This document shows, in pieces, positions 26,600-36,802 of a stretch of 64,000 bases of DNA. The position numbers and the translations under genes were made by a program. The stretch is from a virus. Taxonomy: Duplodnaviria; Caudoviricetes. Numbering within the stretch: position 1 is the stretch's first letter; each line of letters starts with the position of its first letter. The stretch covers positions 332 to 64,331 of IMG/VR virus record IMGVR_UViG_2837005551_000010; one strand, 5' to 3'. The notes beneath the pieces are model-generated. The model ran no database searches, was not told where the DNA came from, and was given only the letters and a program-made list of their open reading frames with translations.

Positions 26600-27382
26600 A
26601 TGAAAGTAATCATCACCGGCGGCGAGGGCTTTATTGGAAAGGCTCTCGCCGTTGCGCTTAGAAAGCGAGGCATTGAGGTGTGCAGTATCGACCGCCTCAA
26701 CGGGATTGAGGCCGGTGATTTTTTCACATCCGCCGACATCTCCGGCGTTGATTGTGTTTATCATCTTGCCGCTCAGACATCCGTTTTCAACGTGAACAAG
26801 ACCGACATTATCCGCGACAACATTGAGGTGTTCAAAATCGTTTGCGATGCCTGCGCCCGTCGAGGTATAAAGTTAGTCTATGCCTCATCATCGACAGCGG
26901 CCGATGGCAACACAACATCCATCTACGGCATCAGCAAGCGTTTCAACGAGGACTATGCCCGGTGTTATCATCCGAGAGCAACGGGGGTAAGGTTTCACAA
27001 CGTGTACGGTCCCCGACCGCGTCAGGGTACTCTTCTTTGGCACCTGCTCAATCAGGAGCGGGTGAAACTCTACAACATGGGGCGTAACGTGCGACACTTT
27101 ACCTACATTGATGACATTGTTGAAAGTCTTGTTTATGCCTATGGGTGTAACCATCAGCTCATCAATGCCGCGAATCCGGAGGAGACAACCACTCTGCATT
27201 TCGCTGAATTGGTAAAACAATATAAACCTCTTGAAATAGAAATGATTGCAGAAGAGCGTGATTTTGACCGCAAAGAGCAATCGGTCAACGAGGCGGTTTA
27301 TACAGTACCTTTGCAATATACGCCTGTTGCAGACGGCATAAGGCGCATATTTGAGAGCATGGACTATGAGCAGACGCAGTAA
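26600..27382 (+). CDS. NAD-dependent epimerase/dehydratase (extended SDR)
   Basis: ITGGEGFIG, HLAA, YASSS, YGISK (YxxxK), RFHNVYGP, RHFTYIDD. Confidence 0.9.
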   Translation: MKVIITGGEGFIGKALAVALRKRGIEVCSIDRLNGIEAGDFFTSADISGVDCVYHLAAQTSVFNVNKTDIIRDNIEVFKIVCDACARRGIKLVYASSSTAADGNTTSIYGISKRFNEDYARCYHPRATGVRFHNVYGPRPRQGTLLWHLLNQERVKLYNMGRNVRHFTYIDDIVESLVYAYGCNHQLINAANPEETTTLHFAELVKQYKPLEIEMIAEERDFDRKEQSVNEAVYTVPLQYTPVADGIRRIFESMDYEQTQ

Positions 27383-27923
27383 GATAATACGCATGGATAA
27401 TTGGGATGTTCCTACCTCTCGGCCTCGGCTGAAGGGTGGGAATATCCCTCTTTGTGATTTGTCGCCCCGGACTGTCCTGCACCATCTCGGCTCCCTGGTG
27501 TATTTCGCCCAGTTCAAGCGTACCAAGAGCGGAACGCCATTCAGCGAGATAAAGCACTCGGCCGATACCGCCGCTTTGTTTGCCGAGACAGCCTGCAACT
27601 TCATTCAGCGTCTTGTCAACAATACGGAAGATTGGTGTATCATCACCACGCCCCGGCGCCGTCATGCAGACGGGTTCCACTTCGCCACTGCGGTATGTGA
27701 GCGCATAGCGGACACTCTCGGCATTCCGTTCTATGCCGATGCCGTTCAGTGTATCAACCGCAACCGCTTGGATCCCGACTTTCATCTGCTCCGGCCCATT
27801 GCCGAGCGGCGGGTTATAATCTACGATGACATCATCACCACTGGCACCACACTGACAGCAACCGCCGAATTGTTGAGCGATCGTGATTTTGTTCTCAACC
27901 TCATCGGCATAAATAACCGTTAA
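27366..27923 (+). CDS. Phosphoribosyltransferase-like protein
   Basis: PRPP-binding loop RRVIIYDDIITTGTTLTATAELL; start moved to Met6. Confidence 0.8.
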   Translation: MSRRSKIIRMDNWDVPTSRPRLKGGNIPLCDLSPRTVLHHLGSLVYFAQFKRTKSGTPFSEIKHSADTAALFAETACNFIQRLVNNTEDWCIITTPRRRHADGFHFATAVCERIADTLGIPFYADAVQCINRNRLDPDFHLLRPIAERRVIIYDDIITTGTTLTATAELLSDRDFVLNLIGINNR

Positions 27924-28195
27924 ATCCACTCTCCCGGCTATGAATTTGACCCAATCCCCACCACATTCATACAGCAAAACGGCTTTCACGGGCATATTTC
28001 GCGCCTCAAACGGGCTTTTTTGTATGATTCCTACAAAATTTTTTCGGGGCGGGTTAAAGCCAAAAGACTTTTACAAACATCTGTCAAAGTCAGTGTCAAA
28101 GTCTATTGTATCTTCTTTTGATTCTCTTTTGATTCATCTGAATGGTACAATAGGAAACAATAGAATAATTAACACCTCATCATATCATCATCACA

Positions 28196-28753
28196 ATGGC
28201 AAAGAAAGAGAAACAGCAGCGCATAAGCCAAGAGCGACGGCTCACGGAAAAGCAAGAAAGGTTCTGTCAGTTCTATCTCGATACTGACGGCAACGCATCT
28301 GAGGCGTACCGCATGGCTTATGACACATCGAATATGCAACCGGAGACAATCTGGAGCAATGCCAGCCGACTTTTAGCAAGTAGCAAGGTTGCAACAAGGA
28401 TAAACGAGATAAGAGCGGAGAGGGCAGCGCGCTCACGCATCGAGCGCGAAAAGGTCGAGCAGGTTCTCATGGATATAGTAACAGCCGACCCTAACGACCT
28501 CTATATAGTGGATGCCAAGACCGGCAGAATCAAGATGAAGACACCGAGCCAACTGCCCAAGCGTATGCGCAACGCCTTGAAGAAGATAAAGAACAACAAA
28601 GGCGTAGTCGAGTATGAGTTGAACGGGCGAGTAGAAGCCGCCCGGTTGTTAGGCTCGTGGAATGGTTGGGATGCCCCCAAAGAGGTTAATGTCAACAATA
28701 CGGGCAACATGACTAATGAAATCCGCATCGGCTTCGGCGATGATCAGGATTAG
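28196..28753 (+). CDS. terS: Terminase small subunit
   Basis: LTEKQERFCQFY...NASEAYRMAY; upstream of TerL. Confidence 0.85.
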   Translation: MAKKEKQQRISQERRLTEKQERFCQFYLDTDGNASEAYRMAYDTSNMQPETIWSNASRLLASSKVATRINEIRAERAARSRIEREKVEQVLMDIVTADPNDLYIVDAKTGRIKMKTPSQLPKRMRNALKKIKNNKGVVEYELNGRVEAARLLGSWNGWDAPKEVNVNNTGNMTNEIRIGFGDDQD

Positions 28754-28922
28754 AGAGATTATGTTGATAGGTTGTGTTGAGAGTTTAGCAATAATGTTGA
28801 GAGCAAACATCAATATAACATATATAGTACCGCCAAGTAGCAAAATGTAAACTTCCCCCAATAGCAAGATACCGAGAAATGTAGCAAAGTGTCAGCGATA
28901 CGCCCAAAAACCGCCAAAAACA

Positions 28923-30941
28923 ATGATTCTGAATTATAAGTTATTCAACCCACTGTTCTTCTACCTGCTGATGTTCTTGCAGAATAAGACCATCCGTAAC
29001 ATCATCATGTTCGGAGGGTCCTCATCCGGCAAGACATACAGCATGGCTCAGGCTATCCTCATACTGACACTATGGGAGGGAACGAATCACCTTGTAATGC
29101 GAAAGGTCGGAGCGTCAATCAAAGATACCGTCTATCAAGATTTCAAGACAGCCGCCGAGCAACTTGGAATAAGTAAGTTGTTCAAATTCTCCGATGGAGT
29201 CAAGACTATAACCTGTATTCAGAACAAAGCGAGAATCGTGTTCAAAGGTCTCGATGATGCCGAGAAAATCAAAGGTCTATCGAGTTTTAAGCGTGTCGTT
29301 CTTGATGAATGGTCAGAGTTTGACGAAGCCGACTACAAGCAGATCCGTTTGCGTCTGCGTGGTATGGAGGGACAGCAGCTCATCTATACTTTCAACCCCA
29401 TCAAGGAGACCCATTGGATTAAAAAGAACGTATTTGACAAGCAGAAATGGCATGATGTCCCTATGGCTGTAAAGTTAGGCAGTCAGACAATACCAGAAGA
29501 ACTTACGAGGGTCAAGTCCATAAAAATGAATGAGCCGCGTGTGATAATGCACAAGAGAACCGGCGAGATGATAGAGCACTCGCCCGATACTGTTGTTATC
29601 CAGACCACCTACCTAAATAACTTTTGGGTTGTCGGTTCGCCGGATGGAACATACGGCTACTATGATGAGCAGTGTATCGCCACATTTGAGTATGACCGCG
29701 AACATGATCCCGATTATTACAACGTGTACGCCCTGGGCGAATGGGGTGTAATCCGCACCGGTTCCGAGTTCTTCAGCTCGTTCAATCGTGGCAAGCACAC
29801 CGCCGAGGTTGCATATAACCCCGAATTGCCTGTTCATCTGAGTATCGACAGCAACGTGATGCCGTATATCTCGGTTCAGTTCTGGCAAGCGTATATCGGC
29901 GATACTATCAGCATACGGCAGTTTGATGAGATATGTGCCGAGAGTCCCAACAATTCAGCACGCAAAGCCGCCAAACTCGTTGCCAATAGGCTGAGGGAGT
30001 TGAACGCAACTAAGGTTTATATACATGGGGATGCCTCCACGAAAGCAGCCAACACGATAGACGATGAGAAACGTTCATTCCTGGACCTGTTCATCGGGGT
30101 ATTGCAGAAAGAGGGATTTGAGGTTGTCGATTGTGTCGGCAACAAGAATCCGAGTGTGCCCATGTCCGGCGAATTTATCAACGCCATATACGATGAGGCT
30201 CTGCCCGAACTCGGCATATTGATAGGCGAAAACTGCAAGACCTCGATAGAGGACTACATGAGCGTTCAGAAAGATGCCAATGGAGCAATCTCAAAGACCA
30301 AGATAAAGAATAAGATTACCGGGCAAACGTATGAGGAACACGGGCACCTGTCGGACTGCAAGAGGTATATTGTTGTTGACATCCTCCGAGAGCAATTCCT
30401 ATTGTTCTCTAACCGTCGTAAACGCAACCTCTATGCCGTTGATGGGGCAATCCGATTCTATAACCCATCTACCGAGTGCGCCTATACCGAGAACCTGGTC
30501 TATTGTATGCCTAACATCAATGGGCGTTTTGTACTCGCAGACGGAAAGAAGTGCGGCGATAGTTGGCATATAACCGATGTGAGATTCATTGAGACCACCT
30601 CCACCGAGAATATGAAAACGGCATTGACCGAGTGCAACAGCAGCCGTGTGATACTGGAGTGTTCCAAATCCTACTACCTCATGGCAAGGGATCTCCGCGA
30701 CAGCCTTACAGGTGATGTGCGTGTCGTGCATGAAAGCACCGACCTGCCCCGGCGTATTGCCGCCACCTCCGATTATGTCAAGAGCAATATCCGTTTCAAT
30801 GAATCCGGCATGAATGACAATGTGGAGTATGGAGAGTTTATGACAAATCTTCTGGACTACAACAAGGATGCCAACGAGAACATAGAGAGCAGCGCCGTGT
30901 TAAGTGGATTCATTCAGGCGGTGTTAAAGTTGGGTTTGTAG
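28923..30941 (+). CDS. terL: Terminase large subunit (PBSX-like) with C-terminal extension
   Basis: FGGSSSGKT, FKGLDDAEKIKG, VLDEWSE, TFNP, GHLSDCKRY. Confidence 0.9.
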   Translation: MILNYKLFNPLFFYLLMFLQNKTIRNIIMFGGSSSGKTYSMAQAILILTLWEGTNHLVMRKVGASIKDTVYQDFKTAAEQLGISKLFKFSDGVKTITCIQNKARIVFKGLDDAEKIKGLSSFKRVVLDEWSEFDEADYKQIRLRLRGMEGQQLIYTFNPIKETHWIKKNVFDKQKWHDVPMAVKLGSQTIPEELTRVKSIKMNEPRVIMHKRTGEMIEHSPDTVVIQTTYLNNFWVVGSPDGTYGYYDEQCIATFEYDREHDPDYYNVYALGEWGVIRTGSEFFSSFNRGKHTAEVAYNPELPVHLSIDSNVMPYISVQFWQAYIGDTISIRQFDEICAESPNNSARKAAKLVANRLRELNATKVYIHGDASTKAANTIDDEKRSFLDLFIGVLQKEGFEVVDCVGNKNPSVPMSGEFINAIYDEALPELGILIGENCKTSIEDYMSVQKDANGAISKTKIKNKITGQTYEEHGHLSDCKRYIVVDILREQFLLFSNRRKRNLYAVDGAIRFYNPSTECAYTENLVYCMPNINGRFVLADGKKCGDSWHITDVRFIETTSTENMKTALTECNSSRVILECSKSYYLMARDLRDSLTGDVRVVHESTDLPRRIAATSDYVKSNIRFNESGMNDNVEYGEFMTNLLDYNKDANENIESSAVLSGFIQAVLKLGL

Positions 30942-31011
30942 TGGATGGTGGTTGTAAGTGTTTGTAATATTGAACCTTAATAGCGATTTTGTGCATTGTC
31001 TAAAATTGAGT

Positions 31012-31056
31012 TTTTCGGCTGTTTGGCTCAACCGAAAACAATGTAACTTATTTTTG
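31012..31056 (+). promoter_or_regulatory. Class L (late) promoter upstream of the portal gene
   Basis: TTTTCGG (31012), TTTGGCTCAACC (31022), TATTTTTG (31049). Confidence 0.6.
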
Positions 31057-31072
31057 CTCCAAAAGAGCGACA

Positions 31073-32551
31073 ATGCAGCTAGTAAAGAAAATAAAAGGAT
31101 GGTTCGCCACTGAGAAATCAGCATCAGAAGCCCCGGTTGAGAAGACAAAGCCGGAGCTGAACAACTATGATGATGAGGCGTGGCGCGTACATCTTATGAG
31201 TGAGATAGCCTCGCCGTATGTCGCCGACCGAAATTTCCTCACGCTGTTCCATACAGTCCCGGAGGTATTCTTCCCAATAGATTTCATCGCCAGGCGCATT
31301 GCCGGAGCCCACTTTGAGATTAGGTCATACAAAGATGACAGCATAATCTATTGCAACGGCCGATCGCAGAAAGCAGACCGCCTCAACGCGATATTGCAAG
31401 CTCCCAACAGCATACAAAGATGGCGTGAATTGGTGTATATGCACCATGTTTTCAAACTCGTAACGGGCAACGCCTTTATGCGTGCTGCTATGGCAGACAC
31501 ATTCAAGGATATGCCCAAGTGGAAATATTGCGACAACTTCTGGTCAATCCCCTCGAATTGGGTTAAGGTAGTGCCTGCCGGCACAAAGATTCCTCTTTTC
31601 GGAATAGCGAAACTTGAAGAGTTGGTTGGAGGGTATGAGTTGGCACGCTCCAATGATACCCTTATAAGGATTCCGACTTTCCAAGTATGGCACGACCGAG
31701 ACGGGATGCCCCAATACCTCAACTGTACCGGTGCAGATTTCCTCAAATCAGAGAGCCGACTCAAAGCCGCCCATAGAGCAATCAGCAACCTCATCGCGGT
31801 ATATGAGGCACGAAACGTCATATATGTCAAGCGTGGCGCACTCGGCTTTATCGTAGCCAAGAAAGATGGTGGCGAACTCGGCACCCAGGCAATGAAGCCA
31901 AAGGAGAAGGAAGAACTATTAGAGGAGTTGAACGGCAAATACGGGTTCGGGGATAACAAGATGCCTATCGGAGTAACAGATGTCCCCATCGAGTTTATCC
32001 GGCTCAACCAATCAATATCCGAGTTACAGCCATTTGAGGAAACATTGCTTGATGCGATCACGATTGCAGGGCTGTATGGTATTCCCGATGTGCTTGTGCC
32101 GCGTAAAGACCACTCGACATTCAGCAATCAGGCAGTAGCCGAGAAGAGTGCCTATTGTGGCACTATCATTCCGATGGCTAAACAGTTCTGCGAAGATTTG
32201 ACCCTGTTCTTAGGTCTTGACAAAGAGGGCTACTACATCGACTGCAATTTCAATGATGTTGACTGCCTGCAAGTCGGATTGAAAGAATCTGAAGAGGTCA
32301 AGAAACTCGTGAACGAGCGTTGCCGGAGTCAGTTCAACGATGGTCTGATAACCTACAATGACTGGCGCGCCCAGATTCATGAAACCGCATTGGAGGGAGA
32401 CATTTACAACAAGGTCAAATTTGACATGACTCCCGAAGAACTTGCCAAGATAGATACAATTATAAAATCAAATAATTCAAAACCCTCAACAGGAGAAGAA
32501 AGCAATGAACGAAACATTGAAAAGAATCCCGTATCAGACCAAAACGGCTGA
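31073..32551 (+). CDS. Portal protein
   Basis: Position after TerL; FPIDFIARRIAG, LVTGNAF, IAGLYGIPDVLV. Confidence 0.85.
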   Translation: MQLVKKIKGWFATEKSASEAPVEKTKPELNNYDDEAWRVHLMSEIASPYVADRNFLTLFHTVPEVFFPIDFIARRIAGAHFEIRSYKDDSIIYCNGRSQKADRLNAILQAPNSIQRWRELVYMHHVFKLVTGNAFMRAAMADTFKDMPKWKYCDNFWSIPSNWVKVVPAGTKIPLFGIAKLEELVGGYELARSNDTLIRIPTFQVWHDRDGMPQYLNCTGADFLKSESRLKAAHRAISNLIAVYEARNVIYVKRGALGFIVAKKDGGELGTQAMKPKEKEELLEELNGKYGFGDNKMPIGVTDVPIEFIRLNQSISELQPFEETLLDAITIAGLYGIPDVLVPRKDHSTFSNQAVAEKSAYCGTIIPMAKQFCEDLTLFLGLDKEGYYIDCNFNDVDCLQVGLKESEEVKKLVNERCRSQFNDGLITYNDWRAQIHETALEGDIYNKVKFDMTPEELAKIDTIIKSNNSKPSTGEESNERNIEKNPVSDQNG

Positions 32552-33533
32552 CGTGGATGAAAAAGGTATCGTCACCGTTGCGGTGAACGGTATAGGCATT
32601 GAGGATGCACAGCACGACATCTCAATGCCCGGCTCGTTTGTGGAAACCATAACCCACGATATGGACCGTATGCGTTGGTTCCTCAACCATGACAGCACAC
32701 AACTCTTAGGAGTGCCGCTGTATGGTGAGGAGAAGTCAGACAACCTCATCGTAACCGGGCAACTCAACCTTTCCAAGCAGATCGGCCGAGATATTCTCGC
32801 CGACTACAAACTGTTTGCCGAGGCTGGCAGAACGCTTGAACACTCCATCGGTGTAAAAGCAATCCGGCGAGACAAGGAGGACCGGCGCAAGGTTCTTCAA
32901 TGGAAGATGTATGAGTATTCAACCCTTACATGGATGGGAGCCAATCCCAACACCTACCTTGTAGGGCTGAAGAGTGCGACACCCTCGCAGGTTCGTGATG
33001 CTGTGGACCTTTTGAAGATGGCATTAAAGCAAAAAGGATATAGCGACGAACGACTTATGAACATCGAACAAGAACTTGATGCCTGTTTCAAGGCACTTGA
33101 GGGCAACAACATGGTTGTTTGTCCCCATTGTGGCTATCAGTTCGACTATGACAAGGCCGAACAGACCACATTCCAGCAGATAGTGTTGGGATATGCCAAC
33201 CAATACACTCGATGGATAGCCGAGGATATAGTATCTGAGCAGATACACGCCCTGGAGCCATCCATTCGTGCAGAGGTGCTTTCCATCATCGACGCGGTTA
33301 AATCCACCAAGCAGGAGATTACCGAGAAGAGCGTTGCCGATTTCGCCTCATACGCACGTTGCCCCCACTGCTGGGGCAAAGTATATGCAGCCAACAATCT
33401 GCTTATGAATCCCGCGCCCGAAATCAAAGAAGAGCCCGCGCCCGCCGCTGATACATCGCAGAAAGGCACTACACCCGAAACTGTCGAGAAATCAAGCGAT
33501 GATTTCTTTGAGAACCTCAACAAGTATATCTAA
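32505..33533 (+). CDS. HK97-type prohead protease with C-terminal CxxC motifs
   Basis: DISMPGSF...FLNHD...SIGVKA...EYSTLTWMGANP; CPHCG and CPHCWG. Confidence 0.85.
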   Translation: MNETLKRIPYQTKTADVDEKGIVTVAVNGIGIEDAQHDISMPGSFVETITHDMDRMRWFLNHDSTQLLGVPLYGEEKSDNLIVTGQLNLSKQIGRDILADYKLFAEAGRTLEHSIGVKAIRRDKEDRRKVLQWKMYEYSTLTWMGANPNTYLVGLKSATPSQVRDAVDLLKMALKQKGYSDERLMNIEQELDACFKALEGNNMVVCPHCGYQFDYDKAEQTTFQQIVLGYANQYTRWIAEDIVSEQIHALEPSIRAEVLSIIDAVKSTKQEITEKSVADFASYARCPHCWGKVYAANNLLMNPAPEIKEEPAPAADTSQKGTTPETVEKSSDDFFENLNKYI

Positions 33534-33554
33534 CATTTTCAATACTTCATATAT

Positions 33555-35135
33555 ATGAGCAAGAAAGTAACAGTAGAAGACCTCGGCCTTAAATTTGACG
33601 GCATGCCCGAGGCTCAGGCTGCATTTCTCCGCAAGTGCGCCGAAATGGTCGTCAATGTAGTTAACAAGAGCAACGAGGGTCAGTTGACCGATGAGCAGTT
33701 CATGGAAAAGATGAACACCGCTCTCAAACCGTTTGCCGGAATCGACAACGAATCCATCCAGTCACTCATCAAGGAGAACTCCGAACTCCAGACGCTCACC
33801 AAGAGCCTCGGCGAGAAGATCGCGAAACTGGAAGAGAAAGGAATCAGTACCGATTTCGTTTCCAAGTTCGACGAGTCGTTCAATGAGATGTATGACTCCG
33901 AATCGTTCCAGAAGTTCGCTTTCCAGCACGGCGCATCGGCAAAGGGCTTTGTCCTCAAAGACATTTCCCTCACGCAGAACTACACCGGCGACAGCCACGT
34001 TATGCTCACCGGTCAGAGCAACGATGTAGTTACTCAGGCCCGCGACAAGCAGGCTCATATCCGCGATTATGCAGTTGTTCTCACCGGCGATCCCGAACAG
34101 ACCTCAATCGCCTATCAGGAAATCTACGAAGTAGACCGCAATGCCCGCTATGTGTCGGAGAACGGTATGCTCCCCGAATCTATGGTCAAGATTCGTGAGA
34201 AGAGTGCCGAGGTGAAGCGCGCCGGTACTCACTTCCGTATCTCCAAGCGTATGCTCAAGAGCCGCGTCTACATCCGCTCGTTCATTCTCAACATGGCTGT
34301 CGAGGCTGTCCGCAACAACGAGGACTTCGGTCTGCTCTTCGGCGACGGCTCCGGCGACAACCTCAAAGGTATCACAACCTACGAGGGTGTAACACCTGTC
34401 GAGAATATCCTCAACGACAACATCGTCAGCATCCCGGCCGGCGGTATCGAATCCATCGAAGCAGTAGGCAACGGCGTTCTTATCCATCTGGAGAAGCCCT
34501 ATGACCTCCTCCGCGACGGATTCAAGATTGTCGTTTCAGGTGCCGTAACAAGCACCGACCTCAACGGCACTTTCGACGTGATCCGCCAGAACGACACAAC
34601 GCTCCTGCTTCGTGGTGCCAAACTCAAGGATGGTGCCACCGATGAGCAGAACAAGGCAGACGCCGCCGCGATGAAGGCAGATGTGCGCAACGGACTCTAC
34701 AAGAGCATCGAGACCCCCAACAGCATGGATGCTCTTCAGGCAGCCGTCGCCGTCATGACCTATGCCCAGTTCCGCCCGACCATCCTCGCGCTGAACCCCC
34801 TTACCATCACCGCCATCTGTTGCGAGAAGGCTACCGACGGCAACCGCCTCGATGTGGTCCGCGATGCCAACGGCAACCTCCGCGTCGGCAACCTGACCGT
34901 TGTCCCCAACACCGACATCCCGATGGGGCACTACTTCCTCGGCGACTTCCGCAACGGAGCCAAGATTGTTGACTACACCACCATGACCCTTGAATGGGCC
35001 GACGACGTGAACTGCAAGCTCAAGAATCAGGTGGTTCTCATCTGCCAGGAAGAGCTCATCCTGCTCGTCGAATGTCCCTGGGCGTTCTCTTTCGGCCAAA
35101 TCGCCGACCTCATCACCGCACTTGCCAAAGACTAA
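33555..35135 (+). CDS. Major capsid protein (HK97 fold) with insertion
   Basis: After the protease; N-terminal delta-like coiled coil; VSENGMLPES, EDFGLLFGDGSGDNLKGI, GHYFLGDF. Confidence 0.85.
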   Translation: MSKKVTVEDLGLKFDGMPEAQAAFLRKCAEMVVNVVNKSNEGQLTDEQFMEKMNTALKPFAGIDNESIQSLIKENSELQTLTKSLGEKIAKLEEKGISTDFVSKFDESFNEMYDSESFQKFAFQHGASAKGFVLKDISLTQNYTGDSHVMLTGQSNDVVTQARDKQAHIRDYAVVLTGDPEQTSIAYQEIYEVDRNARYVSENGMLPESMVKIREKSAEVKRAGTHFRISKRMLKSRVYIRSFILNMAVEAVRNNEDFGLLFGDGSGDNLKGITTYEGVTPVENILNDNIVSIPAGGIESIEAVGNGVLIHLEKPYDLLRDGFKIVVSGAVTSTDLNGTFDVIRQNDTTLLLRGAKLKDGATDEQNKADAAAMKADVRNGLYKSIETPNSMDALQAAVAVMTYAQFRPTILALNPLTITAICCEKATDGNRLDVVRDANGNLRVGNLTVVPNTDIPMGHYFLGDFRNGAKIVDYTTMTLEWADDVNCKLKNQVVLICQEELILLVECPWAFSFGQIADLITALAKD

Positions 35136-35139
35136 GCCT

Positions 35140-35715
35140 ATGCCAGCGTATATCTTGAAAGGCGAATCTAAGGAAGTTGACAAGATACTCCGCGAAAACC
35201 GTATCCGTATCAGCCGAGGCGTGATTTCCATCACCCCGGCTGAGCCGGAAACGGCTCTCGATGAGTATAGCGTCAAAACTCTCATAGAAAGCCACAGCGC
35301 ACTTGGCGAAGAGCGTGTTCAGTTAATCGCCGAAAAGAATAGGCTTGCCGAACTCGCCGGCCTTGTTGTGTCGATAGCCGTAGAGGGTGGTCAGACCATC
35401 CCCGAAGAGATTGCCGGGCGTCTTGCCGAATTCGGCATTATCGTTCCCAAAATCAGCGAAACAGCCGAAAATACGGCTGAAATCGGTGAAAATCTCACGG
35501 AAAGCGTTCCCAACACCCCGGAAAACGCTAACATAGATTCAGAACCCGCCGCGATGGATAACAAGCACATTGAGGTTGAAGATATGCAGGAGGTGAACCT
35601 CGACGCAGATGATAAAACCCCTGTAAGCGATGACACCAAAGATGTATCGGAGGATGATGCTAAGGAAGCAGCGCCCGCCAAAAAGACATCCAAGCGATCT
35701 AAAAAATCAGAGTAA
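35140..35715 (+). CDS. Hypothetical virion-associated protein
   Basis: After the capsid gene; acidic low-complexity C-terminus. Confidence 0.65.
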   Translation: MPAYILKGESKEVDKILRENRIRISRGVISITPAEPETALDEYSVKTLIESHSALGEERVQLIAEKNRLAELAGLVVSIAVEGGQTIPEEIAGRLAEFGIIVPKISETAENTAEIGENLTESVPNTPENANIDSEPAAMDNKHIEVEDMQEVNLDADDKTPVSDDTKDVSEDDAKEAAPAKKTSKRSKKSE

Positions 35716-35717
35716 AG

Positions 35718-36233
35718 ATGCTTATAGACTGTTCTTATTTCACCAAAGGAGCGAGGCATATCTTAAACGCTAATGCCACGCTTGGCACTCTGCCACATTC
35801 TAATGCGGCAGAGGTCAACGACACGATAGAAGCCTTTATAGCCGAGCACCAGGAGGATTATCTTGTTGCCATGCTCGGCAAGACAATCGGCAATAAGGTC
35901 AACGCATATCTCGTGTGTCTCGATGAGGATGAGAAGCCCACACACAACGACAAGTTAGATGCAGTGTGTGATTGTCTGCGCGATTCATTTGCAGACTATG
36001 TTTTCTTCCATATCCTCCGCGACACGAATACGCAAGGCACAGTATCGGGTCTTGTCAGGCTCAAATGCGCCAACGAGTATGTAGCACCGATTGTCCGTCA
36101 GGTTAATATCTGGAATACGATGGTGAATAAGCACAGACGCTTTGCCGAGTGGTGTGCGTCTTCCGACTGCACAATGGCCGGCATAAGCATCGACAGTGAA
36201 ATGCTTACCAAAATCAATCAGTTCAATCTATGA
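35718..36233 (+). CDS. Putative head-tail adaptor
   Basis: Synteny; MLIDCSYF...ADYVFFH. Confidence 0.6.
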   Translation: MLIDCSYFTKGARHILNANATLGTLPHSNAAEVNDTIEAFIAEHQEDYLVAMLGKTIGNKVNAYLVCLDEDEKPTHNDKLDAVCDCLRDSFADYVFFHILRDTNTQGTVSGLVRLKCANEYVAPIVRQVNIWNTMVNKHRRFAEWCASSDCTMAGISIDSEMLTKINQFNL

Positions 36234-36802
36234 GCAAGAGCCGGGAAATAATAGAGATAATTGCGGATGTTGTTAAGGAAACCGCTGTCGATTGCACGCT
36301 CACGGTCGTAATGCCGAGAGGTGTAGTCAAAGAGATTCCTTGTCCGCCCATTCACTATGTTTTCGGCAATGCCCAATATGTCAAAGACAAACTCGATGAT
36401 TTGAGCAAGTCGCCGAGAGGAGCCGAGATGAAGTTTCCGATGATCGCCTTGTTCTGCCCGTTCAATGAGCAGCGCAATACCCCGGATTATCATAGCAAGG
36501 CGAAAGTCAGGATACTCATTGCCTGTTCATCCGATAAAAAATGGAGCAATGAACAGCGTCTGGAGACATCGTTCAAGAACATTCTTCGACCGATTTATAA
36601 CAGATTCCTTGAAGCCCTCAAAGAAGATGGCAGATTTGATTTTGGCTATGATGAGCATGTCGCACATGAATACTCTGAAAACTACTCTTATGGCAGATAT
36701 GGGGCGCACACGGGCACCGGGGAAGAAGTGAGCGAACCCATTGATGCCATTAATATCAGCAATCTTGAATTAAAAGTCAAACTCCCAAATTGTAGAAAAT
36801 AA
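36230..36802 (+). CDS. Putative tail completion/terminator protein
   Basis: Synteny; KFPMIALF...ILRPIYNRFLEAL...IDAINI. Confidence 0.55.
   Translation: MSKSREIIEIIADVVKETAVDCTLTVVMPRGVVKEIPCPPIHYVFGNAQYVKDKLDDLSKSPRGAEMKFPMIALFCPFNEQRNTPDYHSKAKVRILIACSSDKKWSNEQRLETSFKNILRPIYNRFLEALKEDGRFDFGYDEHVAHEYSENYSYGRYGAHTGTGEEVSEPIDAINISNLELKVKLPNCRK

Noticed and set aside
27940-28287. Track ORF of 115 aa before terS
   Set aside because: Low-complexity translation overlapping terS; more likely a regulatory region with short direct repeats (TGTCAAAGTC twice)
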